DNA of 63,728 nucleotides, filler included, from Welwitschia mirabilis (GCA_051453625.1; 6 parts of one record of this genome joined end to end with filler, not necessarily neighbours in it), one strand, 5' to 3'; counted from the first letter of the whole stretch, positions 22,679 through 36,251 are shown. The notes: generated by a model from the sequence alone, not told the origin. A program made the numbers and translations.

Positions 22679-25356
22679 TTTTATTATGAGGAGATCTTCC
22701 TAGACCTAATAATTTATTGAGATTATCCTTTCCTTCAGTTAAACTATTTGCAATGAATATAGCATCTTTTGATTCTTTAGATAAAGTTTCAATTTTCAGA
22801 TTCGCCTTCCCTAATTCACATTCAAGTCTTTCTATCATTTTTTTTTCCTTAGTACAAAACATTTTTCTTTCCTAAATCTAGGCTAAGCGCATACAATTTT
22901 TCGTATGCTTCAAATAATAATTCCTGTTTAATCTCAAGTTCATTACAGATTTCGTAAGCATTTTCTGATTTCCTAGAAGTTAGAACTTTCAGCATGAATG
23001 AAATCAGAAGGGATAGGGAAGCACACACCATCTCCTTCATTACTTGAACTTACTCTTTTATCATTTGATTCATCCCACGAGGCTTGATGTATTGGATTTC
23101 TTTTCCTTTTTATTGTTGGCACAATCTGCAGCAGCATGTCTAAAACCTTTGCATTCATACATTGTACAGAATTGGAAGAGTTCTTACCTTTGTCANNNNN
23201 NNNNNNNNNNNNNNNNNNNNNNNNNNNNNNNNNNNNNNNNNNNNNNNNNNNNNNNNNNNNNNNNNNNNNNNNNNNNNNNNNNNNNNNNNNNNNNNTCTGC
23301 AGCAGCATGTCTAAAACCTTTGCATTCATAACATTGTACAGAATTGGAAGAGTTCTTACCTTTATCATTTTTGCTTTTGAAGGATCTCTCGGAGTATTGG
23401 CCCTTTTTTCTTTCGTAGGAACCATTTGAAGTTCATGGTAAGAAGAGTTAGATCTTTATCCATCTTGTCATTACTTGATTCGTTGTCCTTATCACATACT
23501 TTGAGAGCAATGCTCTTTCTTTTTGNNNNNNNNNNTTCTACCCTCATCTTGTCAATGTCCTTGCTTTCTTCGATAGTTGTTACCTTTGGTCTAAACTTCA
23601 TAGAGAGACTTCTGAGGATTTTACAGACTACTTTATTTTCTGAAACTTTTTCTCCTAAACCCCACATATTGTTGACAATGTTGCTCACTTTTATGGTATA
23701 GTCTGCAACCGTCTCTGATTCCTACATTCTGATATTCTCAAACTTTGTTGTGAGGAGTTGGAGCTTTGACTTCTTCACCACATTTGTTCCTTTATAGGCT
23801 ACTTTGAGAGTGTCCCACATTTCCTTGGTAGTAGCACACTGAACAACTTGATCATATTCTTTGTTTGATAAGGCACAAATTATTGCATTCATGGCCCTTG
23901 CATTGTTCTGAAGCTTCTTTGTGTCATCACCATCTCACTTGTCTCTAGGTTCTAAGGATATGACTTCGCTTACATCAACCTGTTTTGGAGGAACATAGCC
24001 TTATTCAATCATGTCCCAAATTTCTAGATGAAGAGAAGTCAGAATTATTCTCATTTTTGACTTCCAATGAGGATAGTTGTTTCCGTCGAAAAAGGGAGGC
24101 TAGAAACTGCATGAACCTCTGGATAACTTGTGAATACTATTAAACCTGTAAACAAAATAAAGATCTAGAACACTAGGCTTTGATACCAATTGTTAAGATC
24201 GAAAGGCACCCTAGAGGAGGGGTGAATTGGGTATTTTAAAATTATTTCACAGTAACAGAATTTTAGATTTGAAAACCAATGGAAATAAAATAGTAGAAAC
24301 AAGAACAGAAACAAAAGACAACTGCACCAGATTTATAGTGATTTGGCAATCCTTGCCTACTCCACTCTCAAGGGGCAACAACACACTTCCAGCTTCCTGG
24401 TTCCTTTAAAACACCCAACAACTTGGCTACATTACAATACCCTTCTTCAAGGGTTATAATCCACTCCCTCCACACGGGATACACACGCTCACTCCAATGA
24501 GCCACTAAATGCTTTAGATAGCAAGAGGTCTAATGGTGTGAGTGCCTTCAACATAGTACATCAGTAAATAATAGCAGGGTCTATAATCATTTGGAGTATT
24601 AGCCTTATACAAGATGAGGGTTTGGCTTTTTATAGCTTAAAGGTGACAAAATAGCTGTTGGAGCCTCAGATTTGAAGCCCTAGTCGTTTATCACACAACC
24701 CGAGCCATTTGGATTTCAAAAGATGTTTCTTTGGTGACTACAATAGTTATATTTCCGCTTCAATTCTCACTGAGCTAGACATCCCATTCTTTCAGATGAG
24801 ATCTCCCGGTTGTACTGCCAGACTTCTGTCAAACCGAGAGGGATCCCAGACGTCCCATTCCAAGGCTCAGACGTCCTCATGGATTTAGCCGAATNNNNNN
24901 NNNNGACGTCCCTGAAGAACAGATCAACCCTAGAGGGGGGTGAATAGGTTGTGATAAAATAATAATGTACGTTGAAGCCCTACAAATAAAATGAAAATAA
25001 TCCACCAAAAGATCAAAGAATGTTTTAATGGTGGAGAGTTGCCACCTTTCAGCTCTCAGACACCAAGTCTCTAGCTGGTATAGATTAACCTCAATAATTG
25101 GTTTTCATGCTTACTAATAACCTATACAATCACTAGTGGATTTTAGGGCTCATCCACAACCACATNNNNNNNNNNNNNNNNNNNNNNNNNNNNNNNNNNN
25201 NNNNNNNNNNNNNNNNNNNNNNNNNNNNNNNNNNNNNNNNNNNNNNNNNNNNNNNNNNNNNNNNNGATCCTGGACGTCCCATTCCAAGGCTCAGACGTCC
25301 TCATGGATTTAGTCGAATATAGTGTCGGTTGTCCCAATAGCAATCTCAGACGTCCC
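22679..25356 (-). mobile_element. Sirevirus-like copia element A: gag, PBS and part of the 5' LTR
   Basis: PPFFDGNNYPHWKSKM gag start (~24100), UBN2 KILRSLSMKFRPKVTTIEE and zinc knuckle CYECKGFRHAAADC. PBS TGGTATCAAAGCC at 24176-24188. LTR starts at 24191 with GGGGTGAATTGG and GACGTCC motifs. Confidence 0.85.
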
Positions 25357-28300
25357 TGAAGAACAGATCAACTCTAGAGGGGGGTGAATAGGTTGTGATA
25401 AAATAATAATGTATGTTGAAGCCCTACAAATAAAATGAAAATAATCCACCAAAAGATCAAAGAATGTTTTAATGGTGGAGAGTTGCTACCTTTCAGCTCT
25501 TAGACACCAAGTCTCTAGCTGGTATAGATTAACCTCAGTAATTGGTTTTCATGCTTACTAATAACCTATACAATCACTAGTGGATTTTAGGGCTCATCCA
25601 CAACCACATAAGAATGGATTGAAGTGAGGTGCACAGATGCATAGTTCTTATCCACAAGTACAAGTATAAAGAAAACCCTGACAAGCTTGATTGGAAAGAG
25701 GAGAGTCCTGAAGATTTCTGATCACAAGATGAGCCAAGCATAGTGCATATAGTACATGTAATAGTATACAATTTTTGTCTCTTTTGATTATAGTAGTCCT
25801 TCACTCTTGTGAAGGAGGTATTTAAATNNNNNNNNNNNNNNNNNNNNNNNNNNNNNNNNNNNNNNNNNNNNNNNNNNNNNNNNNNNNNNNNNNNNNNNNN
25901 NNNNNNNNNNNNNNNNNNNNNNNNNNNCACTCTTGTGAAGGAGGTATTTAAATAGAACGTCTAGAAATAGTTGTTTATAGTGGTAGGTGCAGACCGTTGG
26001 AATCTAGTTTTGCCTTTTCTTGTAAAGCGTGGAAGTACAACCATTATAATCGAAACACATTGGGTCGACCTTACAGAATTATGGGTCGCCCTTAGCATTT
26101 GGTCGTCCTTACCAAAATGTTCGGTTGCCCTTGCCTGGTTCAGTTTTGACAGTCTGCTGACCTTGAGTATTCGGTCGGCCTTACAATGATTGGGGGTCGA
26201 CCTCTTCTGATTTGGTTTCACAAACAGGTCGCTCGAGTATAATTGGTCGATCACTTGCTTGATAACTGTTTCTTTTCTAGGCTGCATTCGGTCACCCTAT
26301 CTTGTGTATTCGGTCGCTCTCACTATTAGTCGGCGAAAATTTCTGAATCTAATTCGGTCGCCCTTGACAAGAATCTCGGCCGCCCTATCTTGTTTCAGTT
26401 TGCATCTAGTTTGACAGTCGGTTGCTCCACTTGAAAGACACAGTCGCCTGTGCTAGAAGCTGACTTTGTTTTGATAATAGTCCGGTCACCCGGATAAGAA
26501 GTCTAGTCACCTGCATTTCATGTGGGTGTTTATCCAAGTGATAGTTCGGTCACCCGGATGAATTTTATAGTCGCCCGTGCTGGAAAACCTCAGCAAAATA
26601 CACTAACTCCACACTCCACAAAACTCGTTGATTGATCAATGACAACAGGTTCTTCCAACAAACTCCCCCTTTGTCATTGATTGAGGAAAACAACACTTTT
26701 AAAAATAAATGCTCCCCCTTAATCATATAATTGGATAATCAAGGTATATTGACACGAGTTTGACAAGAGAATAAAGACGCAGAGGTATCTTAACCAATAG
26801 AGATTTTCATNNNNNNNNNNNNNNNNNNNNNNNNNNNNNNNNNNNNNNNNNNNNNNNNNNNNNNNNNNNNNNNNNNNNNNNNNNNNNNNNNNNNNNNNNN
26901 NNNNNNNNNNTTTTAATTAGCACAAAAAAAAAATTGTATTAACAAAATATTTGAAGCTTAATAAATTTGAAAGCATACAATTTGTCCATCATTTTTCAAA
27001 AAAAAAAAAAAAGACATTTTGTGGGTACAACATATGAAAGCACAAAAATAGATAATTTCTCCCCTTTTTTGACGAAATCAAGGACAGGGAGATCAAAAAC
27101 AACAGCACACAATTGGAACATCAATTAGACTTAGAAGATTCTTCAGACGAATGGGGAACCTTACTCTAAGAAGTGTCAGCAACGGGAGTACCATTGGCAA
27201 TGAGAGCTGCCTTTATGTNNNNNNNNNNNNNNNNNNNNNNNNNNNNNNNNNNNNNNNNNNNNNNNNNNNNNNNNNNNNNNNNNNNNNNNNNNNNNNNNNN
27301 NNNNNNNNNNNNNNNNNNAACAAAATATTTGAAGCTTAATATATTTGAAAGCATACAATTTGTCCATCATTTTTCAAAAAAAAAAAAAGGACATTTTGTG
27401 GGTACAACATATGAAAGCACAAAATTAGATAATTTCTCCCCTATTTTGACGAAATCAAGGACAGGGAGATAAAAAACAACAGCACACAATTGGAACATCA
27501 ATCAGACTTAGAAGATTCTTCAGACGAATGGGCAACCTTACTCTAAGAAGTGTCAGCAACGGGAGTACCATTGGCACTGAGAGCTGCCTTTATGTGCCTA
27601 GTGCGAGAGTCTACACAGTGCAACAGGTGAAAAATCTTTGGCGTGTGTGAGGCCTTGACCTTGGGCCTGAAGGGTGAAGCAAGCTCCTTGAAAAGATGCA
27701 TACGAGAAAGAGTAGCACGGTTAATAGGCCCCATGGGCTTAAGAACCTCCTGCCGAGAAAGATGCAAAATGCCAAAGTGCTGTCAGATCCAAGTGACGAG
27801 GAACGGGTAAGGCAGGGAACGCCTCTTGTGAGGCTGAAGTTGATGGACCATGTGCCAAAGCATGATGTCCGGTGCATCGATATCACGTCTTTGATACAAC
27901 GAGTTGAGGATGAACACTCGATAGTTAGAGAGTTCATCCCTGTGCCCGGTAACAGGAAGAAAGTTGTATGAAGGAATTAGGTGAAGAAGACGAAACCTGG
28001 GAAAAAGATGAGATGCTTTGAGAGTCTTCTTCCAGTGATGAATGCGCCACATAGATGCTAGGTTGCAGTCTTTGTCTCCAAAGAACTCTGTCATAGGACA
28101 ATATTCCTCAAGATAACCCAGTGAGGGAAACTATCAATCTGCAGTAATGTGTATTTCTTGGCCAAAAACAGAAGTAATGAAAGTAGAATGAGCAGCATCA
28201 AAGCGAGCATTTGCGTAGAACAAGCGTGTAACCAAAGGATAGCAAGTGCCTAAGACATAAAGAAAATATCCCAAGTTTACCTCTTCAAGAAGAGTCTGGA

Positions 28301-31182
28301 CTTCTCGAAGACTGAGGAACTGGACAGGTTCACACATCCTCTCTATTGAAATGGGGCTATTTTCAAAATTCTTTTCAAAATTCTCTGTGGCTTCAGTGCT
28401 CATTTTTTAGAATATGTAACTGGGAGGTTTGGAGGTAGTTTCCTTTTTGTGCTTCCTGGACCCCCCTCTAGTTTGCTGAGAAGCCATGGAAGACGGGATT
28501 TGAGCAATAAAAGCGCGGGAAAGCAGAGGAGTGGGGCACAAGAACGTGAGAAAGGACAAAGAGCACAAAACGACAAGAGAGGGTTTTGAGGGCCCGACGG
28601 ATTTTAAAATTTGCCTTGCACCGCCTTAAACGCGGGCGACCGAGCAAATTGGTAAAGATTCACAGGTAAAACTGAACCATATTTGGTCGACCCAACGAAA
28701 TGAAACGGTAGACTTGATTTAAAAGGAAAAACAGATTTTCATGCAGTCGACCCAAAGGACATGAGCGGTCGACTCAGTGTAAAGAGAAGTTTGATAGGAA
28801 AAATAGATTCTCACGCAGTAGACCCGAAGNNNNNNNNNNNNNNNNNNNNNNNNNNNNNNNNNNNNNNNNNNNNNNNNNNNNNNNNNNNNNNNNNNNNNNN
28901 NNNNNNNNNNNNNNNNNNNNNNNNNNNNNAGGTTCACACATCCTCTCCATTGCAATGGGGTTGGCTTCAAAGTTCTTTACAAAATTGTCAATGGCTTCTG
29001 TGCTCATTTTTGAGAAAATGTAACTGGGAGGTTTGGAGGCAGTTCCTTCTTGCGCTTCCTGGATCCCTCTCCAGTTTGTTGAGAAGCCATGGTAGACCAA
29101 ATTTGAGCAAGAAAAGCACAAGAAAGTGGAGGAGTGGGCCATGAGATACGTGAGAAATAACAAGGCACAAAACAACAAGAGAGGGTTTTGAGGGCCTGGG
29201 TGGATTTTAAAATCCGCTGCGCACTGCCTTAAACGGGGGTGACCGAGCAAATTGATCAGTTGACCCGTGTAATTTAAAAAATTGGAACAATAAGGCAGCA
29301 GTCGACTGTGAGAAAAATCTCGGTCGACCTTATGAGGGTAAAGATTCACAGGTAAAACTAAACTAGATTCGGTCAACCTAATGAAACGAATTGGTTGACC
29401 TGATTTAATAGAAAAGGCAGATTCAGATGCGGTCGACCCGAAGGAAAAGAGTGGACGACCCATTGTAAAGAGAATTTTGACAGGAAAAGCCAAATGAGAT
29501 ACGGTCGACCCAAGTGACTGATGAGGTCGATCAGGGTTCATTTTGATATAACAGTGAAAATTTTGAACTCGACAACTAAACTCTAGTGTTCAGCTGAGGC
29601 TGGGTTTTTTAGGTCTTTCTCAGACAAGATACCCAAAAAGTAACAAAGTGTAGCAAAGCGATGAGACGATAGAGGTTTTGTGAAAATATTGGCTAATCGA
29701 TCTTGAGTACAAACATATTCAAGAGTTATAATTTTCTTCTCAACCAAATCACAGATAAAATGATACCTGAGATTGATGTGCTTGGTGCAAGTGTGTTGAA
29801 CAGGATTGTAAGCAATTTGAATAGCACTCGAATTGTTGCATAGAACAGGGACTTCAGAAATTGCTACTCTATAATCTTTCAAAGATTCTATCATCCATAG
29901 CGTTTGAGGGCAGCAAGCCCCGACAGCAATGTACTCAGCTTCTGCCATGGATAGAGTTATGGAACATTGCTTCTTGTTGTACCATGCTATAAGGTAGTTG
30001 CCAAAGAAAAAGCAACCTACCAGTTGTGCTCTTGCCATCTTCTTTGCAACCAACCCAGTCTGAGTCACTATAACCTGTTAAACTTAACGAAGTATTACTT
30101 GGATACCAGAGCCTAAAATCAAGAGTACCTCTAACATAGCGAAGTATCCTCTTTGTAGTGGTAAGATGAGATTCTTTTGGCTTGCCTTGATGCCTGGCAC
30201 ACAGACCAACACTAAATGCTATGTCAGGACGACTAGCCGTTGGATATAAGAGACTTCCAATGATGCCATGATATAATTTTTGATCCACATCCTTGTCGCC
30301 TTCATTAAGAGAAAGTTTGATATTAGTGGCCATCGGAGAGTCCACACACTTTGCATTTTCAAGTCTAAATTTCTTAATAAGATCTGAAGAATATTTCTTC
30401 TGATTTATTAAAATACCATTATCATGTTGTTGGATTTGAAGACCTAAAAATATGTTAACCGATCCTACCATTCTCATTTCAAACTCAGAACTCATTAGAT
30501 TTGCAAAATCATTTGATAAAGCTTCATTAGTTGATTCAAAAATAATGTCATCCACATAAATTTAAACCAGAATTAAATCATTATCCACTGATTTTTTAAA
30601 CAAAGTTTTCTCAATAGAGGCTATAGGAAAACCATGCTGAAGCAAAAAGGAGGAAAGTTTCTCATACCAGGCTCGTGGAACTTGTTTTAGCCTGTATAAA
30701 GCTTTGTTTAGTTTGTAAACGTATTCTGGATCGTGAGGATCAGCAAAGCTTTGTGGTTGTTTTACATAGACTTCTTCCTCAATGTGACCATTTAGGAAGG
30801 CACTCTTTACATCTATCTAAAAAACCTTAATTTTCTTATAGCAGACAAAAACTAGAAACATTCTGATAGACTCAAGTCTAGCAACAGGAGCAAAATTGTC
30901 ACCACAATCTACTCCTTCTATTTGAGAGTACCTTGAACTACTAGCCTAGCTTTGTTTTTGGTCATGACATTCTTTTTATTTACTTTATTTCTATAAATCC
31001 ATTTTGTGCCTATAATATTTTTTCCAGCTGGTTTAGGAACAAGAAACCACATCTGATTTCAAGAGAATTGTTCAAGTTCTTTTTGCATTGCATTCATCCG
31101 ACAAAGATCTGATTCTGCTTCCTGAAAGGTTTTTGGTTCAACCTAAGACAAGAGAGAAATATGAGCATTGAAATTCTTAAGA
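25357..31182 (-). mobile_element. Sirevirus-like copia element B: 3' LTR (25357-26660), multiple PPTs, extra ORF, RNase H, RT; the 5' half is lost in a gap
   Basis: LTR TGAAG...CCAACA with GGGGGTGAATAGG. PPT complement AACTCCCCCT at 26661 with further PPT copies (~26711, ~27056, ~27434). RNase H (HTCTKHINLRYHF) and RT (VDDIIF, TASRPDIAFSVGLCAR) at 29583-31180. Confidence 0.88.
27543..28403 (-). pseudogene. Sirevirus extra ('env-like') ORF downstream of RNase H, frameshifted
   Basis: EVQTLLEEVNLGYFLYVLGTCYPLVTRLFYAN...TSVFGQEIHIT, then IDAPDIMLWHM...RSLPYPFLVT. Same sense as pol, located between RNase H and the PPTs. A second diverged partial copy lies at ~28930-29170. Confidence 0.75.
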
Positions 31183-31282
31183 NNNNNNNNNNNNNNNNNN
31201 NNNNNNNNNNNNNNNNNNNNNNNNNNNNNNNNNNNNNNNNNNNNNNNNNNNNNNNNNNNNNNNNNNNNNNNNNNNNNNNNNN

Positions 31283-31453
31283 CGGACGTCCCGGTTATCA
31301 GGGCGGACGTCCCCATATATTTGCACTGCGTTCAGCTCGGACGTCCCGGTTATCAGGGCTGACGTCCCGTTTGGCACAACCTCTGAATTTCTGCAGGTAA
31401 CAAAGTGCTGAAACCAGTTTCTTCATTCATCATTGAAACTTATTATCTCTACA
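31283..31453 (-). mobile_element. Distal (5') end of a GGACGTCC-family LTR, probably the remainder of the 5' LTR of element A
   Basis: GGACGTCCC repeats. The minus strand starts TGTAGAG...TTTCAATGATGAA, like the start of the solo LTR at 2507. It abuts the RNase H end of element C. Confidence 0.65.
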
Positions 31454-33723
31454 ATACCCAGAGAGTAACGGAGTGTAGCAAAACGATCAGACAATAGAGG
31501 TTTTGTAAAAATATCGGCTAACTAATTTTGAGTACAAACATATTCAAAAGTTATAATTTTCTTCTCAACCAAGTCATGGATAACATGAAACCTAATATCG
31601 ATATGCTTGGTGAGATTGTGTTAAACAGGATTGTGAGCGATTTGAATAGCACTCGAATTGTCACATAGAACAGGGACTTCAGCAGTTGTTACTCCATAAT
31701 CTTTTAAAGTGTCTTTCATCCATAGTGTCTGAGTACAGCAAGCCCCAACAGGTATGTACTCAGCTTCTATCGTGGATAGAGATATGGAATATTGCTTCTT
31801 GCTGTACCACACTGTAAGGCAGTTGCAAAAAAAAAAAAAGCAACCACCACTTGTGCTCTTGCGATCATCTTTGCATCTAGCCCAGTCTGTATCACTATAA
31901 CCTGTTAAACTTAATGAAGTATTACTTGGATACCATAGCCCAAAATCAAGAGTACCTTTAACATAGCGAAGTATCCTGTCTGTAGCAGTAAGCTGAGATT
32001 CGTTTGGTTTACCTTAATACCTGGCACACAAACCAACACTAAATGTTATGTCAAGATGACTAGTCATTAGATACAAGAGACTTCAAATGATGCCACGATA
32101 AAATTTTTGATCTACATCCTTGCCTTCTTCATCAAGAGAAAGCTTGATATTGATGGCCAGCGAAGAGTCCACCCACTTTGCATTTTCAAGTCTAAATTTT
32201 TTAATAAGATCTAAAGAATATTTCTTCTGATTTATAAAAATACCATTATCATGTTGTTGGATTCGAAGACCTAAAAACATGTTAACTGGTTCAACCATAC
32301 TCATTTCAAACTCGGAACTCATTAGATTTGCAAAATTATTTGATACAGCTTCATTAGTTGATCCAAAAATAATGTTATCCACATAAATTTGAACCAGAAT
32401 TAAATCATTATCCACTGATTCTCTAAACAAAGTTCTATCAATAGAGCCTCTAGTAAAACCATGCTGAAGCAAAAAGGAGGAAAGTTTTCCATACCAGGCT
32501 CGGGGAGCTTGTTTTAACCCATATAAAGCTTTGTTCAGTTTGTAAACATATTTTGCTTTGTGAGGACCAGCAAAGCCTTATGGCTGTTTTACGGAGACTT
32601 CTTCCTCAATATGACCATTTAGAAAGGCACTCTTTACATCTATCTGAAAAACCTTAATTTTCTTATAGCAGGCAAAAGCTAGAAACATTCTGATAGACTC
32701 AAGTTTAGCAACAGGAGCTAAAGTGTCACCACAATCTACTCTTTCTATTTGAGAGTATGCTTGAGCTACTAGTCTAGCTTTGTTTAGGGTGATGACATTC
32801 TTTTCATTTACTTTATTTCTAAAAATCCATTTTGCGCCTACGATATTTTTTCCAGCTGGTTTAGGACCAAGAGACCACACCTGATTTAGAGAATTATTTA
32901 AGTTCTTCTTGCATTGCATTCATCCAACAAGGACCTGATTTTGCTTCCTTAAAGATTCTTGGTTCCACCTAAGATAATAGGGAAATATGGGCACTAAAAT
33001 TCTTAAGAGAGTTTCTCGTGACTATACCTTGTTCCATGTTTTCAATGACTGAATCTAGTGGATGATCCTTAAGCTCTTTGATTTCCGGGGATTGCTTGGC
33101 TCTTGAATAGACTTTGTTGTAGTAGAAGGAAGGAGGAACTAGATCATTCATCAGTTTCAGAAGGTTTTGTTGAATCGGGTACATCATTAATCTTGACATT
33201 GATAGATTCTTCCATAAGAAGAGTGTGTTTGTTGAATACCCTGTAAGCTCTACTCGATTGCAAGCACCCTGGGAAGATTCCTTCATCAATTTTGAATCGA
33301 ATTTAGCTAGATCTTCTCTATTTCTCAAGATGAAGCACTTACTTCCAAAAGTTTTGAAATAGGAGATATTGGGTTTCTTCTCTTTCTAGAGTTTGTAGGG
33401 AGTTTGGAAGTTCCTAGTCTCAAATAAACTCTGTTTGAAATGTGACATGTTGTGTTCACTGCTTCAGCCCAAAATCTTTTTAGGATATCTTTGTCATTCA
33501 ACATTACTCTTGTCATATCTAATAAAGTACAATTTTTCCTCTTAGCTACTCTATTTTGTTGAGGGGTTTTTGGTGCTGAGAATTCATGATCAATACCATT
33601 TAAGCTGCAATAATATTTGAATTTTTAATTCTTAAACTCTCTACCATGATCACTACAATTTTTCTTAATGACATATCCCTTTTCTGTTTATATTTTCTTG
33701 CAAATTCTAACAAAGTTGTTATA
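31454..33723 (-). mobile_element. Sirevirus-like copia element C: integrase end, RT, RNase H (close relative of B)
   Basis: [70 protein letters not shown]. Collinear and highly similar to 29600-31180. Confidence 0.88.
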
Positions 33724-35889
33724 NNNNNNNNNNNNNNNNNNNNNNNNNNNNNNNNNNNNNNNNNNNNTTAATTAATTAANNNNNNNNNNNNNNNNNNNNN
33801 NNNNNNNNNNNNNNNNNNNNNNNTTAAGCTTTCATCCAAAGACAGCTTAAGATTATAACAAATAATGCCTAGACCACCTAAGATGAGTTGCTAAAACTCA
33901 GTTATAGTGTCAAATATTCCTATTACCTAGATAACACTTATCCCTCTATGAAAATAACATGATGGACATCACTTGAAACATACTCAAAAAAGTCACTCAT
34001 TTATTTAGCTGAATAGATGTCACATTGATATATTTATTATCATCATGGGGAATAGGCCATAATTGGTGTTCTTCATGTCTTGAAGCTTGGTTCTCTGTTC
34101 ATGAGTCTAGATCCGAAGGAAGTTACTCTCCTCTTTAACACAACATTTTTCTTTTTTTCTTGTTTTTTTCTTTTGGCTTTTTTTGGCTATCCTAGGGTTT
34201 TGCCAAAATAGCTTATATTCATCTTGGGATCCCTTAAGATAACGTCTGGAAAATTTTGTTGGGACAAGGTGGGTTACAAGATAGAACCACATATACTAAT
34301 ACTAAAATACTATGGATTTTATGCTCATAGTTGACAAGCAAACTTGGCAAAGATTTTGTGTTCCAAAATTAGCATTGATCACAAACTCTGAAAAGTTAGC
34401 TGCAACACACTGAGGGACAAGTCGGCCCGATGAGTATATCCCAAACTTTAATCATGTCCTATACCATAGTTTGAGGTGCTGATTTGATATGTTAAAAAAA
34501 CCCCAAAAAGAAAAAATCTATCTGAACACAAAAGACCTTGTCTCTAGAGATATCTTTAATATAGAATTTGTATTTGGAATGATAATTCATAGTGAAAAGA
34601 TGCAATTATAAACTAAACAAATTTCTGAATTCATTAAAATAAACTTATGGAAAAAGCATCATGAAAATGTTTTAAAATTTATCTCACTTCTTAATTGTTG
34701 CAATAAGAAAAAGGGGTTTAAAACTATTTTGCAGGTACAAAAGAGTTGGACAATGGCCTTGTCTACTTCAGGTAAACATAAGCTTTAAATGAGTGCAAAT
34801 CTGATGTGTACTTCAACTGCAAGAACATACATGAATAAGAACATAGCAACTCACCATATAGGAGTCTATAATATTAGCTACAAACAATCTTGAAGTCTAA
34901 ACAATGCGGTTAGTTCTTGCATACCAGCATGTGCTTCAACGTCTTGGGCGTGAATCATAGGTGAGATCTCGACATTTGGTGGCCAGCTCTCCAGCAGACA
35001 AGGGGCATGCACAGGTATTCATTTGACCAAAGAAACCAGTGACCTTGGCAAGTATGGCAAAGTTTTTTTGTGAATCAACTTATTTGAAACAAAACAAACA
35101 TGGCACATGACGTAACGGGATTTAGTTAGAAGCATATGTGTTTTCAAACAATAGCCAAAAAAATCTAAGCACATTTAAAAATTTGAATTTAAATCTGAAA
35201 GGTGCATGTTAAGTTCATTTTTTGGAATTTTGTTGAATGACATCAAGTCTTTAACTATCATCCAAATATAAAGGATATCAACCTTGAAGTCTATAACTTC
35301 GCAAACATTGAGAGCCTGTTTTATAAACATTGCATTTTAAAACAAATACAAATTTCTTTAAAATTCTATTTTTGTTTTATAGATTAAATGATGTATGCAT
35401 TAATCAGTTCTGTGGCATAAAAACCATGAAAACAGAAGTTGTTAATCCACAGTAAAATGAAAATATGTTCTCCTTTCCAACACTGAAGCAAAAACTTGTA
35501 ACAGTGTACCTCCTTCTATATCTGAGTGTCACTAAATCTTAGATATACGTTTCACTAAAATTTAAATATGCTATGCACTATTGAAATGATGAAAACCTTT
35601 GAGGTTTTTATTAATTGGTTCTACTGCAGAGTTTACGTTAGAAAAAGGAGAAGAGAACACCTGAAGTTGAGATTAGGAGGCAAATTTTGGCACATAAATT
35701 ACTTTGGTTTTCTCTTACTGTTAACTCACTATTGTTTGAGGAGTGCAGAAAATGATCATGTCAATGCAGACATTTGTTCCATACAAACCATTAGTACTGT
35801 TTCTGAATCTTGAAATCAAAGTTACAAGTTTTATCTCAATTTCCATTTTACATGTTTGTCATTTTTAATTGTTGTTTGCATCTTCCTAG

Positions 35890-36023
35890 GTTATTGAATT
35901 GGGTGGTAAACCTACAATAGGTGATTGTGCCATGATTTTACGGGCTGCCATAAGAGCTCCATTGCCTTCTGCTATGATTACAATTTTACGAAAATCAAAT
36001 GATCTTGGATACGTTTTTGGAAG
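35890..36023 (+). CDS. PTAC3: PTAC3 penultimate exon
   Basis: TTCCTAG|GTT acceptor and AG|GTAATG donor. Encodes VIELGGKPTIGDCAMILRAAIRAPLPSAMITILRKSNDLGYVFG(S), directly continuing ...AIKVMDK. Not in the ORF track. Confidence 0.93.
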
Positions 36024-36109
36024 GTAATGGTGCACCTTTTCTAATTAACATATTTGAATCCATATTAGTTGCTTTGAATTATTATCTTGAAGCTTTTTCC
36101 CTTTTGCAG

Positions 36110-36251
36110 TCCATTGTATGATGAGGTAATTACACTTTGTGTTGATCTGGATGAAATGGATGCAGCCATAGCAATTGTATCAGATCTCGAGTCTGCTGGC
36201 ATTAATGTCTCTAATGAAACATTAGACAAAATCTTGCATCGACAGCGTTGA
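36110..36251 (+). CDS. PTAC3: PTAC3 last coding exon
   Basis: TTTTGCAG|T acceptor (phase matches). Encodes PLYDEVITLCVDLDEMDAAIAIVSDLESAGINVSNETLDKILHRQR with TGA at 36249-36251. Confidence 0.93.

Noticed and set aside
24905-25165. Apparent second copy of the element B LTR start
   Set aside because: It is a near-identical overlap across a gap, most likely assembly redundancy.
28774-29541. 255-aa minus-strand ORF
   Set aside because: Most of it reads through a repeat-rich spacer and a gap. Only the MSTEAIDNF... end corresponds to the extra ORF.
34840-35060. GC-richer patch as a possible extra PTAC3 exon
   Set aside because: The frames I translated are short and show no PTAC3-like sequence, and the flanking exons already join without it.
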